DNA of 64,000 nt from an uncultured delta proteobacterium (GCA_963822965.1 CAWGJT010000008.1:1-64000), one strand, 5' to 3'. Shown: positions 37,479 through 48,025, counted from the stretch's first letter. Made by a program: numbers and translations. The notes: generated by a model not told the origin, from the sequence alone.

Positions 37479-38156
37479 ATGACCCGAGCCACGGCGATGG
37501 AATCGGACGACCGCTGCTCGCCGGCCGGCGAGAGCGACGGGCGGGGCGCCGCGCGGCGTCGTCGGCGACGCGGGCTCGTTCTCGGGCTGCTGCTCTTCGT
37601 GGCCTGCGGCGCCCGACCCTTCGGGTCCTGCGAGTCACCCGTCCCCATCCACTGCGGCCCGCCCCCGTTCGTCGTGAACGTGACCTACCCGGGCGAGGTC
37701 GACGTCGAGCCGGGGTCGCCGGTGATCTACCAGGGAATCCGGATCGGCCGCGTCGAGGCCGTGACCCTGCGCCAGGATGCACCCGAGCAGCCGGCGCTCG
37801 TGGAGGTGAAGCTCGGAATCCGCGACCGCCACGTGGTGCTGCGCGAGTCGGATCGCTTCCACCAGTCGAGCCTTCGCGGGGTTCCGGTGATCGAGGTCGA
37901 GCCGGCGGAGGCGCCCTCCGAGCCGCTGGCGGCGGGTGCCACCGTCGCGGGCGTACCGCCCCTGCTCACGCGGCTCGAGGAGTCGCTGGGCACGGCGGCC
38001 GAATCCCTGGGTGCACTGGCCGAAGAGGCGATCGAGAGGGCCATCGAGTCCCTCGATGAGGAGACGCGGACGCGTCTGGGCGACGCCCTCCGCGAGATGC
38101 ACCCCACCCCGCCGCCGAGCCCCGATCCCCAGGACGGGCAGGATCCGGTCCGCTAG
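37479..38156 (+). CDS. MlaD/MCE-domain protein
   Basis: GSPVIYQGIRIGRVEAV. Confidence 0.7.
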   Translation: MTRATAMESDDRCSPAGESDGRGAARRRRRRGLVLGLLLFVACGARPFGSCESPVPIHCGPPPFVVNVTYPGEVDVEPGSPVIYQGIRIGRVEAVTLRQDAPEQPALVEVKLGIRDRHVVLRESDRFHQSSLRGVPVIEVEPAEAPSEPLAAGATVAGVPPLLTRLEESLGTAAESLGALAEEAIERAIESLDEETRTRLGDALREMHPTPPPSPDPQDGQDPVR

Positions 38157-38238
38157 CCCGGTCCCACCGCGCGGCGGGAACGTTCCCCGCGCCGCGGCGT
38201 GGTAGGGTGTCGCGCGTGCCAGCAGGACGGGGGAAGCC

Positions 38239-38658
38239 GTGTCGGCCGAGCGCGTCGAGAGCCTGAACGAGTTCGCGCGCGAGAAGCACCCGGGACTGGT
38301 GGGCGTCGAGGTCCTCACCTGCGGGCCCGATCTCGTGACCGGCCGGCTGGACGTGACCGGGGCCCTGGTGGCGGGCACGGGCTTCCTGTGGGCCCCGGTG
38401 GTCGTCACCCTGGCCGACTGGCTCTGCGCCTGCGGGATCGGCGGCTCGCTTCCCGAGGGTGCGAGCTTCACCACCATCGAGATCAAGACCAACTTCCTGG
38501 GCACGGTGCGCGAAGGCGGCGCCATCGTCGGCAAGGCCTGGGCCGTCCATCAGGGACGTACCACCCAGGTCTGGGACGTCGAGGTGAGCGACGAGTCGAA
38601 CGGCAAGGTGATCGCCCTGTTCCGCTGCACGCAGATGGTGCTGCATCCCCGCTCCTGA
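38239..38658 (+). CDS. PaaI family thioesterase
   Basis: TTIEIKTNFLG, HQGRTTQVWD. Confidence 0.9.
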   Translation: MSAERVESLNEFAREKHPGLVGVEVLTCGPDLVTGRLDVTGALVAGTGFLWAPVVVTLADWLCACGIGGSLPEGASFTTIEIKTNFLGTVREGGAIVGKAWAVHQGRTTQVWDVEVSDESNGKVIALFRCTQMVLHPRS

Positions 38659-38769
38659 AGGACCGGTCCCGGCCCGCCGGAGAGGGCCGCCGGGCCGGGG
38701 TCGAAGCGCGCGGGACCCGGTGGCCTCCGGTTTGTGGCATCTTGCCGCCTTCGACGGGCCTGGGGACGC

Positions 38770-39492
38770 GTGGCGGAAGAAGGAAAGAGCTGGGGGCCCC
38801 GAAGGCTCCTGTGGGCGGCGGGCATCCTCCTGCTCGCGATGCTCGCCGTTCTGGCGTCGATCTACGCCGGTCGGCCGGGGATCGACAGCTTCGACGTCAA
38901 GGGAATCGACGTCTCCCACCACCAGGGCGAGATCGACTGGAGCCGGGTCGGTTCCGCCGACGTGAACTTCGCGTTCATCAAGGCGACCGAGGGACGCGAC
39001 CATCAGGACACGCGCTTCAGCAACAACTGGACGGCCGCAGAGCAGGCGGGGCTGATCCGTGGCGCCTACCACTTCTTCACGTTCTGCTCGCCGGGTCGCG
39101 ACCAGGCCGAGCACTTCCTGGCCGTGGTCCCGCCCACGCCAGGCGCCCTGCCCCCGGTGGTCGACGTCGAGTTCGCCGGCAACTGCAAGTCGTGGTCCTC
39201 GATCGACGAGATCCGCGCCGAGCTGGGAATCCTCCTCGAGCAGCTCGAGAAGGCCTGGCAGCGGCGACCCATCCTGTACCTCACGTCCGAGGCCGAGCGA
39301 CGCATCGTGCGTGGTCACTTCCCGGGCTATCCGGTGTGGATCCGCAACGTGCTGTGGCGACCGCCCTGGGGCGAGCCCGGCTGGCTGTTCTGGCAGTACA
39401 CCGACGAGGGTCGGGTGCCCGGCATCGATACCCCCGTGGATCTCAACGTCTATCGGGGCGGCCGGGACGAGCTGCTGGCGCTGCTTCGCTGA
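38770..39492 (+). CDS. GH25 lysozyme/muramidase
   Basis: GIDVSHHQG, IKATEG, GAYHF, DVE, WQY, VDLN. Confidence 0.92.
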   Translation: MAEEGKSWGPRRLLWAAGILLLAMLAVLASIYAGRPGIDSFDVKGIDVSHHQGEIDWSRVGSADVNFAFIKATEGRDHQDTRFSNNWTAAEQAGLIRGAYHFFTFCSPGRDQAEHFLAVVPPTPGALPPVVDVEFAGNCKSWSSIDEIRAELGILLEQLEKAWQRRPILYLTSEAERRIVRGHFPGYPVWIRNVLWRPPWGEPGWLFWQYTDEGRVPGIDTPVDLNVYRGGRDELLALLR

Positions 39493-39524
39493 GACGCGAC
39501 CTCGCGCGCGAAGGGAGGAAACCG

Positions 39525-39989
39525 ATGGACACCCGGAACGCACCCCCGCCGCAGATCCTCTGGATCCTCTGGGGATCCATGCTCGTGAGCCTCGCCATCT
39601 ACGGCGGCATTCCGTTCTTCGTGGCCTGGGAGCACGAGACGCCGGGGTCGGACGCAGTGATGTTCGCGCTGGCCGGCGTGGCTGTCTCCACGGCCGTCGC
39701 CACGTTCGTGCTGCGCCGGCTGCTGATCGCCGGTCCCATCGCGAATCGCTCGCTCGACCCCACCACACCCGCCGGCCGCGCCCGCTTCTTCCAGGCGCAT
39801 GTCTTCTGCTGGGTGCTCTCCGAGTCGGTGGGCATCTACGGGCTGGTGCTCTACTTCCTGTACGGCAGCCGGCCGTTGCTGTACGGCTTCCTGGCGGGGG
39901 CGTTCGTGCTGATGCTGCTACACGCACCGCGGCAGCCCCAGGTGTCGGCGTCCACCGACCGGGCGCGGCCCGACGTGAAGATCGGCTGA
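39525..39989 (+). CDS. Hypothetical membrane protein
   Basis: 4 TM segments; ESVGIYGL. Confidence 0.7.
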   Translation: MDTRNAPPPQILWILWGSMLVSLAIYGGIPFFVAWEHETPGSDAVMFALAGVAVSTAVATFVLRRLLIAGPIANRSLDPTTPAGRARFFQAHVFCWVLSESVGIYGLVLYFLYGSRPLLYGFLAGAFVLMLLHAPRQPQVSASTDRARPDVKIG

Positions 39990-40012
39990 TCGCTCTTCCG
40001 GAGGAGCTTTCG

Positions 40013-40093
40013 ATGGCCCACGACGAGGGCCTCGTCCAGCGCATCCGCGAGCAGCTCGAGCATCGGGAGGACGGCTCCGAATCCTCGTTTTGA
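40013..40093 (+). pseudogene. N-terminal remnant resembling TfoX/Sxy family
   Basis: RBS GGAGGAG + MAHDEGLVQRIRE, then an early stop. Confidence 0.5.
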
Positions 40094-40243
40094 TTTCGCC
40101 CCGGCTGGGTTACGATGCCGCCCGCTCGATTCGGTGGTGCCAGCCGGGATGCCTCAAGTCGGGGGTTCGGGGTGGAGTCAGGAGATCGGAGCAAGACCCC
40201 GTCCGCGGGCCGTCGGCGCGACGGGCGGGCAGGAGAAGAGAGA

Positions 40244-40447
40244 ATGGCAGGTGGTACCGTCAAGTGGTTCAGCGACGAGAAGGGGTATGGCTTCATCACC
40301 CCCGACGACGGGTCGAAGGACCTCTTCGTGCATTACTCCAACATCGACGGCGAGGGCTTCAGAACGCTCACCGAGGGTCAGAAGGTGACCTTCGAGGCCG
40401 CGGAAGGTCGAAAAGGCCCCGAGGCGACTCGCGTTCGGCCCTCGTAG
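40244..40447 (+). CDS. Cold-shock protein
   Basis: GTVKWF..KGYGFI, DLFVHYS. Confidence 0.95.
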   Translation: MAGGTVKWFSDEKGYGFITPDDGSKDLFVHYSNIDGEGFRTLTEGQKVTFEAAEGRKGPEATRVRPS

Positions 40448-40525
40448 AGAGCCGTTGGCGCCCCTCCTCCCAAGAGGGGGTGTCATGCACAAACGAGCGG
40501 CGGTCCGGCGACGGGCCGCCGCTCT

Positions 40526-40650
40526 TGCGTCTGGGGCGCGGCCGCCTGCGTCTGGGGCGCGGCCGCCCGGACGGCACCTCGCCCCGGTGTTGGTCGTGCG
40601 CGCCGTCCTGCGCCACCCTTTCGTAGCTCCGCGGATCGTAGCTCCGCGGA
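40526..40650. repeat. Two short perfect tandem duplications
   Basis: TGCGTCTGGGGCGCGGCCGCC x2 (40526-40567); TCGTAGCTCCGCGGA x2 (40621-40650). Confidence 0.85.
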
Positions 40651-40678
40651 CCGGAGGACGAGCGACGGAATCGACGCC

Positions 40679-41671
40679 ATGGCCGAGTACTTCGACTACG
40701 CACGGCAGACACGCCACTACTTCGCGCGCCCACACGACGGGCTGCCGGCGGCGCCCATCGGCGGTCCCCAGGCCTGGCGTGGCGCCGACCTGGCCGGTCG
40801 GCGCGACTGGCACGTACGGCTGTCCGACCGGCAGATCGCCGAGCTGCTGGACGCCCTGGCCCGGGCGACGGCCACGGGAAGGCCCTTGCCGGATCTCCGC
40901 CCCGAGGACTTTCCCCTCCCCACCCTGGCACCGGCGATCGGTGACTGGCGGGACCAGCTCGAGACGGGTCGCGGCTTCCTGCTCGTCTCCGGCGTGCCAG
41001 TCGAGCGACTGAGCGAGGACGAGGCCGGTCGACTCTTCTGGTGTCTCGGCCTGCACATGGGCAACCCGGGCGCCCAGAACGTGAAGGGCGAAACCCTGGG
41101 CCACGTCTACGATACCGGCGAAGACGCCGCGGACCCCTTCGTGCGCCTCTATCGCACCGCTTGCGACATCGCCTACCACTGCGACGCGGCGGACGTGGTG
41201 GCGCTGCTGTGCCTGCAGACGGCGAAGACCGGTGGCGCGAGCCGCATCGTGAGCTCGGTGGCGGTGTTCGACGAGCTGATGCGCCGCCGACCCGATCTGG
41301 TCGCCCGCCTCTTCGAGCCGTTCCAGCTCGACATCCGCAACGAGGACGCCTCGGGCGCGCTCCGGCACATTCCGATCCCGCCCTGCCGCTACGCGGCAGG
41401 GCGTCTGCGAACGTTCTACCACAGCGACTACTTCCGCTCGGCGGTGCGGCACGACGACGTGCCGGACTTCACGCCCGAGGAGCGGGAGCTCGTCGATCTC
41501 TACGAGGAGATCGCAGGAGATCCGTCCTTCTACCTGGACATGGAGCTCGCGCCGGGCGACATCCAGTGGCTCTCCAACCACTCGATCCTCCACGCACGCA
41601 CCGCCTACGAGGACCACCCGGAGCCCGAACGGAAGCGGCATCTGCTGAGGCTGTGGCTCTCCATCGCGTGA
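40679..41671 (+). CDS. TauD/TfdA family dioxygenase
   Basis: HCD facial triad, NHSILHAR, RHLLRLW. Confidence 0.9.
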   Translation: MAEYFDYARQTRHYFARPHDGLPAAPIGGPQAWRGADLAGRRDWHVRLSDRQIAELLDALARATATGRPLPDLRPEDFPLPTLAPAIGDWRDQLETGRGFLLVSGVPVERLSEDEAGRLFWCLGLHMGNPGAQNVKGETLGHVYDTGEDAADPFVRLYRTACDIAYHCDAADVVALLCLQTAKTGGASRIVSSVAVFDELMRRRPDLVARLFEPFQLDIRNEDASGALRHIPIPPCRYAAGRLRTFYHSDYFRSAVRHDDVPDFTPEERELVDLYEEIAGDPSFYLDMELAPGDIQWLSNHSILHARTAYEDHPEPERKRHLLRLWLSIA

Positions 41672-41808
41672 GCCCATCGCCCGGGTGGCTCCACCCGCCG
41701 GAAGCGGGCACGCAACTCGCGCCGCAGCGCTCGCCGCCGCAGGGAGAATCCCGGAAGGACCGATCTGCGTGCGCCGGCCGCGCTGCGGCCCGTGGTAACC
41801 TCGCCGCC

Positions 41809-42378
41809 ATGGTCGACGTGCTGACTTGGCTCGCCTCCGGCGCCGTGATCCTCGGGCTCGCGTATGCGCTGACGAGCCTGTTCTGGCGCCCGGAATGCAA
41901 CGTCGACCGCACGAAGCTCGGCCACTGGTTCCGCTCGCTCATCCGTCTCTACGAGAGCGACTCGCTGGTTCGCATCTCGCATCGGGGCTCGTCGGTGCGC
42001 CTTACCCTGCAGCGGCGGGCCGGCGAGGGGTCCCAGTGCTGGGTGGTGCTCTCGTGCCCCAAGGCCCGCTGGATGGCGGCGCCCCTGGGACCGATCCGCG
42101 AGGCCATCGCCCGGGAGCCGCGGGTGCTGATCCTGCCCGACCTTTCCAGGGGCGAGTCCGGAACGAAGCCGGAGTGGCTCGACGTGCAGGTGTCGATCCC
42201 GGACATCTGGTCGAGCGAAGCGGCCGACGTCGTGGTCCGGATCACCCATCGCGTGCTCGACGCCCTGGGCGTCGACGCGAGCGCCCGCTTCGATCTCGAG
42301 TTCATGGGCCAGCAGTCCATGGAGCGCTCCCTCGAGGCCCGCCGCCGGCAGCGGGAGGGCACGCTGGGGGAGTGGTAG
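41809..42378 (+). CDS. Hypothetical protein with N-terminal TM
   Basis: Hydrophobic N-terminus; fills the gap before the next gene. Confidence 0.55.
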   Translation: MVDVLTWLASGAVILGLAYALTSLFWRPECNVDRTKLGHWFRSLIRLYESDSLVRISHRGSSVRLTLQRRAGEGSQCWVVLSCPKARWMAAPLGPIREAIAREPRVLILPDLSRGESGTKPEWLDVQVSIPDIWSSEAADVVVRITHRVLDALGVDASARFDLEFMGQQSMERSLEARRRQREGTLGEW

Positions 42379-42388
42379 TCTCCTCGGC

Positions 42389-42817
42389 ATGCCCGAATTC
42401 TCTCGCCAGGAAGTCGAAGAAGCCTACCGCCACTTCGTCGCCGTCGGAGACAGCGGCGACTGGAATGCCTGGGCGGACCTCCACAGCGAGGAAGGCGTCT
42501 GGATCGAGCACCACCTCGGGATCTTTCGCGGACGGGAGGCCATCCGGAAGGCCATTCTCGACGTGATGAAGCCGGTCCCGATGATGACCTTCCCGGTGGC
42601 GTGGCACGCGATCGAAGGCGATCGCGTCGTCTACTACCCGTGGCAGGTGCTCCCCGATCCGGCCGGCGGCGACGCCGAGTTCCGCTTCGGCTGCGTGACC
42701 ATCCTCGAGTACGCGGGCGACGGGCTGTGGTCTTCCCAGGAGGACCTCTACAACCCGCGCGAGGCCGAGCAGGTGATCCGGCGCTGGATCGCGGCGGGTG
42801 GCAGGCTCGCCGCGTGA
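42389..42817 (+). CDS. SnoaL/NTF2-like protein
   Basis: [20 protein letters not shown]. Confidence 0.82.
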   Translation: MPEFSRQEVEEAYRHFVAVGDSGDWNAWADLHSEEGVWIEHHLGIFRGREAIRKAILDVMKPVPMMTFPVAWHAIEGDRVVYYPWQVLPDPAGGDAEFRFGCVTILEYAGDGLWSSQEDLYNPREAEQVIRRWIAAGGRLAA

Positions 42818-42869
42818 GGAGGCGCCGCGGGTGTCGGCGCCGAGCCGCGTGCGGTCCGAGCGAGCGGCC

Positions 42870-43454
42870 GTGATCGGCAGCTGCTGCGTCTTCTGCGGCT
42901 CGAGTCCGGGAGCGCGTCCCGCGTACCGGGCGGCCGCCGAGGGCCTGGGCCGGGAGCTGGCCCGTCGCGGCATCCGGCTCGTCTACGGGGGGGCCGCGGT
43001 CGGCCTGATGGGCGCTCTGGCGGATGCGGCGCTGGCGGCCGGGGGCGACGTCGTGGGCGTGATTCCCAACAGCCTCGTCGACATGGAGGTGGCCCACCGC
43101 GGTCTTCCGGAGCTGCGCGTCGTGGCCTCGATGCACGAGCGCAAGTCGCAGATGGCCGAGCTGGCGGACGCGTTCGTCTCGCTTCCCGGCGGGCTCGGCA
43201 CCTTCGAGGAGCAGCTCGAGATCCTCACCTGGGCGCAGCTCGGATCGCACCGGAAGCCCTCGGGCCTGCTCGACGTGTGCGACTACTTCGCGCCCCTGCT
43301 CGCGCTCCTCGATCACGCGGTGGAGGAGCGATTCCTGAAGCCCACCCATCGCGATCTGCTCCTGCGGGCGGACGACCCGGGTGAGCTGCTCGACCGTCTC
43401 GAGGCCTGGGTGCCCGCGGAGGTCGACAAGTGGCTCGACCGCGAGGCGCGTTGA
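42870..43454 (+). CDS. LOG family (TIGR00730) nucleotide phosphoribohydrolase
   Basis: [23 protein letters not shown]. Confidence 0.93.
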   Translation: MIGSCCVFCGSSPGARPAYRAAAEGLGRELARRGIRLVYGGAAVGLMGALADAALAAGGDVVGVIPNSLVDMEVAHRGLPELRVVASMHERKSQMAELADAFVSLPGGLGTFEEQLEILTWAQLGSHRKPSGLLDVCDYFAPLLALLDHAVEERFLKPTHRDLLLRADDPGELLDRLEAWVPAEVDKWLDREAR

Positions 43455-43458
43455 CGCG

Positions 43459-44094
43459 ATGAAGGCCGTGCGCGAGGCGAGCCGCGCCGACCACGCACCG
43501 CTCTCGGCCTGCCTGGCCCGGGCCTTCGAGGACGATCCGGTGTCGTGCTTCCTGTTTCCCCACGACCGGAGCCGCAGTCGCCGGCTGGTTGCGTTCTATC
43601 GGCTGGTGCTGCCCATGCTGTCCGAGCACGGCATCGTCCAGACCGACGACGCCTGTCGGGGCGCCGCGGTGTGGCGGGCGCCGTCGCCGCCTGCCGTGGG
43701 CTCGGTGCGGGCCATGGCGGACGCCGCCCGCATGTTCGCCTTCCTGCGCGGCGCGAGCGCTCGCGCGCTGCAGCTCGAAGGGGCGGTGAACCGCTCGCAT
43801 CCCCGAGAGCCCCACTGGTACCTCGCCGTCCTGGGAACGGAGCCGGTCCTCCAGGGCCAGGGGATCGGGTCGGCGCTGCTCGCTCCGGTGCTCGCGCGCT
43901 GTGACGAGCAGGGGACGCTCGCCTATCTCGAATCCTCGAAGGCCGAGAACGTGCCCTTCTACGAGCGCCACGGATTCCGGGTGACGGACGAGCTGCGCAT
44001 CCCGGACGGTCCGCGCCTGTGGCCGATGGAGCGGGAGCCCGCGAGCCCGCGGGCGCTCAATCGGGCGGCCCCGTCCGCCGATCAGTCCGGGTAG
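43459..44094 (+). CDS. GNAT acetyltransferase
   Basis: HWYL..QGQGIG, AYLES, FYERHGF. Confidence 0.9.
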   Translation: MKAVREASRADHAPLSACLARAFEDDPVSCFLFPHDRSRSRRLVAFYRLVLPMLSEHGIVQTDDACRGAAVWRAPSPPAVGSVRAMADAARMFAFLRGASARALQLEGAVNRSHPREPHWYLAVLGTEPVLQGQGIGSALLAPVLARCDEQGTLAYLESSKAENVPFYERHGFRVTDELRIPDGPRLWPMEREPASPRALNRAAPSADQSG

Positions 44095-44116
44095 ACGATC
44101 TTCGAGAAGAGGTTCC

Positions 44117-44494
44117 GTGGACGGACGAGCATCCAGCGACGTCGGGCGCCGCATCCCGGTCGGCACCCCGGAGCACTTTCGCTGGCTCCAGGGAATCGTG
44201 AAGGCCGTGCTCGTCCTGAACCTGCTGGACGCACTGCTGACCCTCGTGTGGGTGCGGGCGGGCCTGGCCGTCGAGGCCAACACCCTGATGGACGAGCTGG
44301 TGAACCAGAACGCCGTGCTCTTCGTCGGTGTGAAGCTCGCCCTGGTGGGCATGGGATCCTGGCTGCTCTGGAACCGCCGGCAGTCCCCCGTCGCCGTCGT
44401 CGCGATCTTCGCGGCCTTCCTCACCTACTACTGGGTGCTGCTTCACCATCTCCGCTACGCGAGCCTTCTCGTCCGGAGCGCCTTCGGCGCCTGA
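44117..44494 (+). CDS. DUF5658-like membrane protein
   Basis: LNLLDALLT..EANTLM. Confidence 0.7.
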   Translation: MDGRASSDVGRRIPVGTPEHFRWLQGIVKAVLVLNLLDALLTLVWVRAGLAVEANTLMDELVNQNAVLFVGVKLALVGMGSWLLWNRRQSPVAVVAIFAAFLTYYWVLLHHLRYASLLVRSAFGA

Positions 44495-44580
44495 GGGCGC
44501 GAGGCAAGCTCGCCTCGTCCCGGTCGCTTCGTCCGCGACCTCTCCCTGGTGTAGGCTCGTCGCGGCGGGGAGGCGCCTGG

Positions 44581-45129
44581 ATGCGGGTCCACATCGTCGG
44601 AGCGTCGGGATCCGGAACGTCGACCCTGGGCGCGGCGCTCGGCGAGCGGGCGAACGCCTGCCACCTCGATACCGACGACTACTACTGGCTGCCTACGGAC
44701 CCGCCCTTCGAGGAGCCACGGCCGATGCCCGAACGCCTGGCTCGCCTGGAGGCGGATCTCGACGCGGCGCCGCGATTCGTGCTCTCGGGCTCGCTCTGCG
44801 GCTGGGGCGATCCGCTGGTCTCGCGCTTCGAGCAGGTCGTCTTCCTGTTCGTTCCACGGGGTGTGCGTCTGGCGCGCCTGCACGAGCGCGAGCGAGGTCT
44901 CTTCGGCGCCGACGCGCTGGCGCCCGGGGGTCGGATGCACGAGAACCACACCGCGTTCCTCGAGTGGGCGGCGGGCTACGATGCGGGGGGGCTCGACACG
45001 CGCAGCCTGGCGCGACACACGGCGTGGCTCGCGAAGGTGCCCGGCCCCGTGCTTCGCCTGGAGGGCGAGATGTCCGTGGAATCCCAGGTCGCGCAGGTGC
45101 TCCGGGCCATGAGCGAGTCGCCGCGATGA
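44581..45129 (+). CDS. Adenylate-kinase-like P-loop protein
   Basis: GASGSGTST, DTDDYYW, SGSLCGWG. Confidence 0.85.
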   Translation: MRVHIVGASGSGTSTLGAALGERANACHLDTDDYYWLPTDPPFEEPRPMPERLARLEADLDAAPRFVLSGSLCGWGDPLVSRFEQVVFLFVPRGVRLARLHERERGLFGADALAPGGRMHENHTAFLEWAAGYDAGGLDTRSLARHTAWLAKVPGPVLRLEGEMSVESQVAQVLRAMSESPR

Positions 45130-45950
45130 AGGCATCCGCGGGCGAAGCACCGGTCGCGAACGGCAGGCTGCGGTACGAGACGGCCGGCTCGGGTCCGGCG
45201 CTCGTCTTCGTGCACGGCTTCAGCCTGGACCGGCGCTTGTGGGATTCCCAATGGCGCGTCTTCTCCCGCACCCATCGGTGTGTGCGCTACGACTGCCGCG
45301 GCTTCGGCGACTCCACGCAGGCCGACCGTGCTACCGACCCCGAAGGCTCCGGCTACCGCCACGGTGACGATCTCGTCGCCCTGCTCGACCATCTCGACAT
45401 CGCGCACGCCGCGGTCGTCGGGCTCTCGATGGGCGGCGAGGTGGCGCTCGAGGCGACGCTCCGGCACCCGGACCGCTGCAGCCGCCTGGTGGTGGTGGAC
45501 GGGTTCCTGTCGGCACACGCGTTCTCGGCGGAGTGGAAGGCGATCATCCGGCGGGTGGTCGAGGCCGCGCGCCAGGGTGACGTCGCCGAGGCGCGCAGGC
45601 GCTGGCTCGGCTCGCCGCTCTTCGCGCCCGCCTGCGAGCAGCCCGAGGTGGCGGCTCGCCTGCGCGAGATGGTCGAAGGCTACTCGGGGTGGCACTGGCA
45701 GCACCGCGACCCCGGTCGCTTCGAGGTTCCCGCGGAGAAGCTGGCGACGATCGAGGCGCCCACCCTGATCGTGATCGGAGACCGCGACCTCGCGGACTTC
45801 CACGCCATCGCGCGGCAGCTGGCCGCCGCGATTCCCGGCTCGCGCCTCGCGCGGCTGCCCACGGGCCACGTGCCGAATCTCGAGGCCCCGGAGCGGTTCG
45901 ACGCGCTGCTCGCCGCCTTCCTGGCCGAGCCGGGTGGCCGGGCCCGGTGA
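45126..45950 (+). CDS. Alpha/beta hydrolase
   Basis: VHG, GLSMGG, GH.PNLE. Confidence 0.9.
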   Translation: MKASAGEAPVANGRLRYETAGSGPALVFVHGFSLDRRLWDSQWRVFSRTHRCVRYDCRGFGDSTQADRATDPEGSGYRHGDDLVALLDHLDIAHAAVVGLSMGGEVALEATLRHPDRCSRLVVVDGFLSAHAFSAEWKAIIRRVVEAARQGDVAEARRRWLGSPLFAPACEQPEVAARLREMVEGYSGWHWQHRDPGRFEVPAEKLATIEAPTLIVIGDRDLADFHAIARQLAAAIPGSRLARLPTGHVPNLEAPERFDALLAAFLAEPGGRAR

Positions 45951-47014
45951 CGGTCCCCGTCCGGCTCGAGGACGTGACCGCTGCCTGGCTCGACGAGACG
46001 CTGCACGGCTGCGGGCTGCTCGGATCCGAGCGCGTCGTGGGGGTCGAGCTCGACCCGATCGGCACGTTCAGCAGCCAGCTCGTTCGGGTCCGCCTTCGCT
46101 ACGACGAGACGCGCCCGCGAGGCGACGCTGCGCGCGGGCTGCCGGTGCGCCTCGTGCTGAAGCGCTCGCCGGGGGGCGGCCGGGAGCGGGTCGGCGAGCA
46201 CTTCGCGAACGAGATCCGCTTCTATCGCGAGCTCGCGCGACGGGTTCCCGCACGCCTGGCACGCTTCCATCACGGCGAGGTCGACCCCGAGACCGGAAGC
46301 GGCTTCCTGCTGCTCGAAGACGTTCCCGGCGTGGCCGCGACGGACTGGCTGCACGGCCCGGACGAGGCTCACGCCCGGCTCGCCGTGACCTCGATGGCGC
46401 GACTGCACGCCGCCTTCTGGCAGGCGGTCGACGATCTGGACTGGGTGCCGCACTTCGCGGACCCGGAGCTGCTCGCATCCTTCGAGGAGGCGTACGCCCG
46501 GGGCTGGTCCGCCTGGCGCGGATTCTTCAGCGATGCCGTTCCGGGCTTCGCTCCGCTGGGGGACGCCCTCGTGGGTCGCGTCGTGTCGAGCCACGCGCGG
46601 CTCGGCGACGAGGCGACCCTGCTGCACGGCGACGCCCACGCCGAGAACATGCCGCTCACGGGAAGCCACGAAGCGGCCGGCGGACGCGAGATCGTGATGC
46701 TCGACTGGGCGGCGCTGCGCCGCGGCAACGCGGGAGTGGACCTCGGCTTCTTCCTCCCCATGAGCTTTCCCGCCGAGCGCCGTGGCGCGGTCGAGCGCTC
46801 GCTCGTGGCGCTTCACGGCAGCGTCCTCGAGCAGCACGGCGCGCGGCCGGGCTCGGACCCGTGGCTCGGCTATCGCCGGGGGGTGTTGCGTCGGGTCGCG
46901 CGCATCGTCGGGAGCGCGGAGACCTGGGATCCGGGGGCCGTTTCGGCGCTGCGCATGATCTTCCAGCGCTGCGCGACGGCCGCGGTGGAGCTGCGCGTGG
47001 ACGAGCTGGTCTGA
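45947..47014 (+). CDS. Phosphotransferase (APH/EcKinase-like)
   Basis: LHGDAHAEN, LDW. Confidence 0.85.
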   Translation: MTVPVRLEDVTAAWLDETLHGCGLLGSERVVGVELDPIGTFSSQLVRVRLRYDETRPRGDAARGLPVRLVLKRSPGGGRERVGEHFANEIRFYRELARRVPARLARFHHGEVDPETGSGFLLLEDVPGVAATDWLHGPDEAHARLAVTSMARLHAAFWQAVDDLDWVPHFADPELLASFEEAYARGWSAWRGFFSDAVPGFAPLGDALVGRVVSSHARLGDEATLLHGDAHAENMPLTGSHEAAGGREIVMLDWAALRRGNAGVDLGFFLPMSFPAERRGAVERSLVALHGSVLEQHGARPGSDPWLGYRRGVLRRVARIVGSAETWDPGAVSALRMIFQRCATAAVELRVDELV

Positions 47015-47109
47015 GCGATCCGTCCCCCGCCGGCCGGCTCGACCGCCGGGACGGTCGCGGGGCTAGAGTCTCGGCTCGCCCACCCGATTGCTGCGAGGAT
47101 GTCCTGGCC

Positions 47110-48006
47110 ATGTCGACCCAGATCACCCAGCCGCCGCGCTGGTTCCTCGAAGCCATCAACACCCCGTACGACCGCCGGGCGGTGCAGGTCGACGGGTGCG
47201 CGATCAACTACCTGCGCTGGGGCGACGCGCGGAAGCCGGGCGTGGTGCTGGTGCACGGGGGAGCCGCCAACGCCCACTGGTGGGCGTTCATCGCTCCGCA
47301 GCTCGCCCGCGGCTACCACGTCGTGGCGCTCGACCTCTCGGGCCACGGAGACAGCGGTCGCCGCGACGAGTATCCGCGCGAGGTGTGGAGCGAGGAGATC
47401 ATGGGCGTGGCCGCCGACGCCGGCATCGTGGGTGCTCCCGTGCTGGTGGGCCACAGCATGGGCGGGTTCGTGTGCATGAACACGGCGGTCCACTACGGCG
47501 AGCGACTGGCGGGCACCATGATCGTGGACTCGCCCGTGCGGCGTCCCGACCCGGAGAGCGAGGAGGGTCATCGCGGCCGCGCGTTCCGCAATCCCAAGAC
47601 GTATGCCACCGCGGAGGAGGCCCGGGCCCACTACCGGCTGGTGCCCGAGCAGCCCTGCGCGAACACGTTCATCATCGACTACATCGCGCGGCACTCGATG
47701 GTCGAGACGAAGGACGGCTTCACGTGGAAGTTCGATCCGAAGATCTTCGTGCAGACGAAGCCCCGCGCGTCCCACGAGCTGCTGCCCCAGGTGCGCTGCC
47801 GGGTGGCGGTGATCCGGGCCGAGTACGGGCTCGTCGATCCCGAGACCGGCGACTACATGTACGAGCTGCTGGGACGCACCTCGCCGGTGATCGAGATTCC
47901 GGACGCCTACCATCACGTGATGCTCGATCAACCCATCGCCATGATCACCGCGGTGCGCGCGCTGCTGGCCGACTGGGAGCACAGCGTGCCCCGCAAGCGT
48001 TCGTGA
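47110..48006 (+). CDS. Alpha/beta hydrolase
   Basis: VHGG, GHSMGG, HHVMLDQP. Confidence 0.9.
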   Translation: MSTQITQPPRWFLEAINTPYDRRAVQVDGCAINYLRWGDARKPGVVLVHGGAANAHWWAFIAPQLARGYHVVALDLSGHGDSGRRDEYPREVWSEEIMGVAADAGIVGAPVLVGHSMGGFVCMNTAVHYGERLAGTMIVDSPVRRPDPESEEGHRGRAFRNPKTYATAEEARAHYRLVPEQPCANTFIIDYIARHSMVETKDGFTWKFDPKIFVQTKPRASHELLPQVRCRVAVIRAEYGLVDPETGDYMYELLGRTSPVIEIPDAYHHVMLDQPIAMITAVRALLADWEHSVPRKRS

Positions 48007-48025
48007 GGCGGGGAGGCGCACCGTC

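Noticed and set aside
38770..39492. GH25 lysozyme as a prophage marker
   Set aside because: It has an N-terminal signal or TM segment and no neighbouring holin or structural phage genes.
42870..43454. LOG/SLOG gene as part of a defence system
   Set aside because: It is a canonical stand-alone TIGR00730 LOG with no TIR, sirtuin or effector neighbours.
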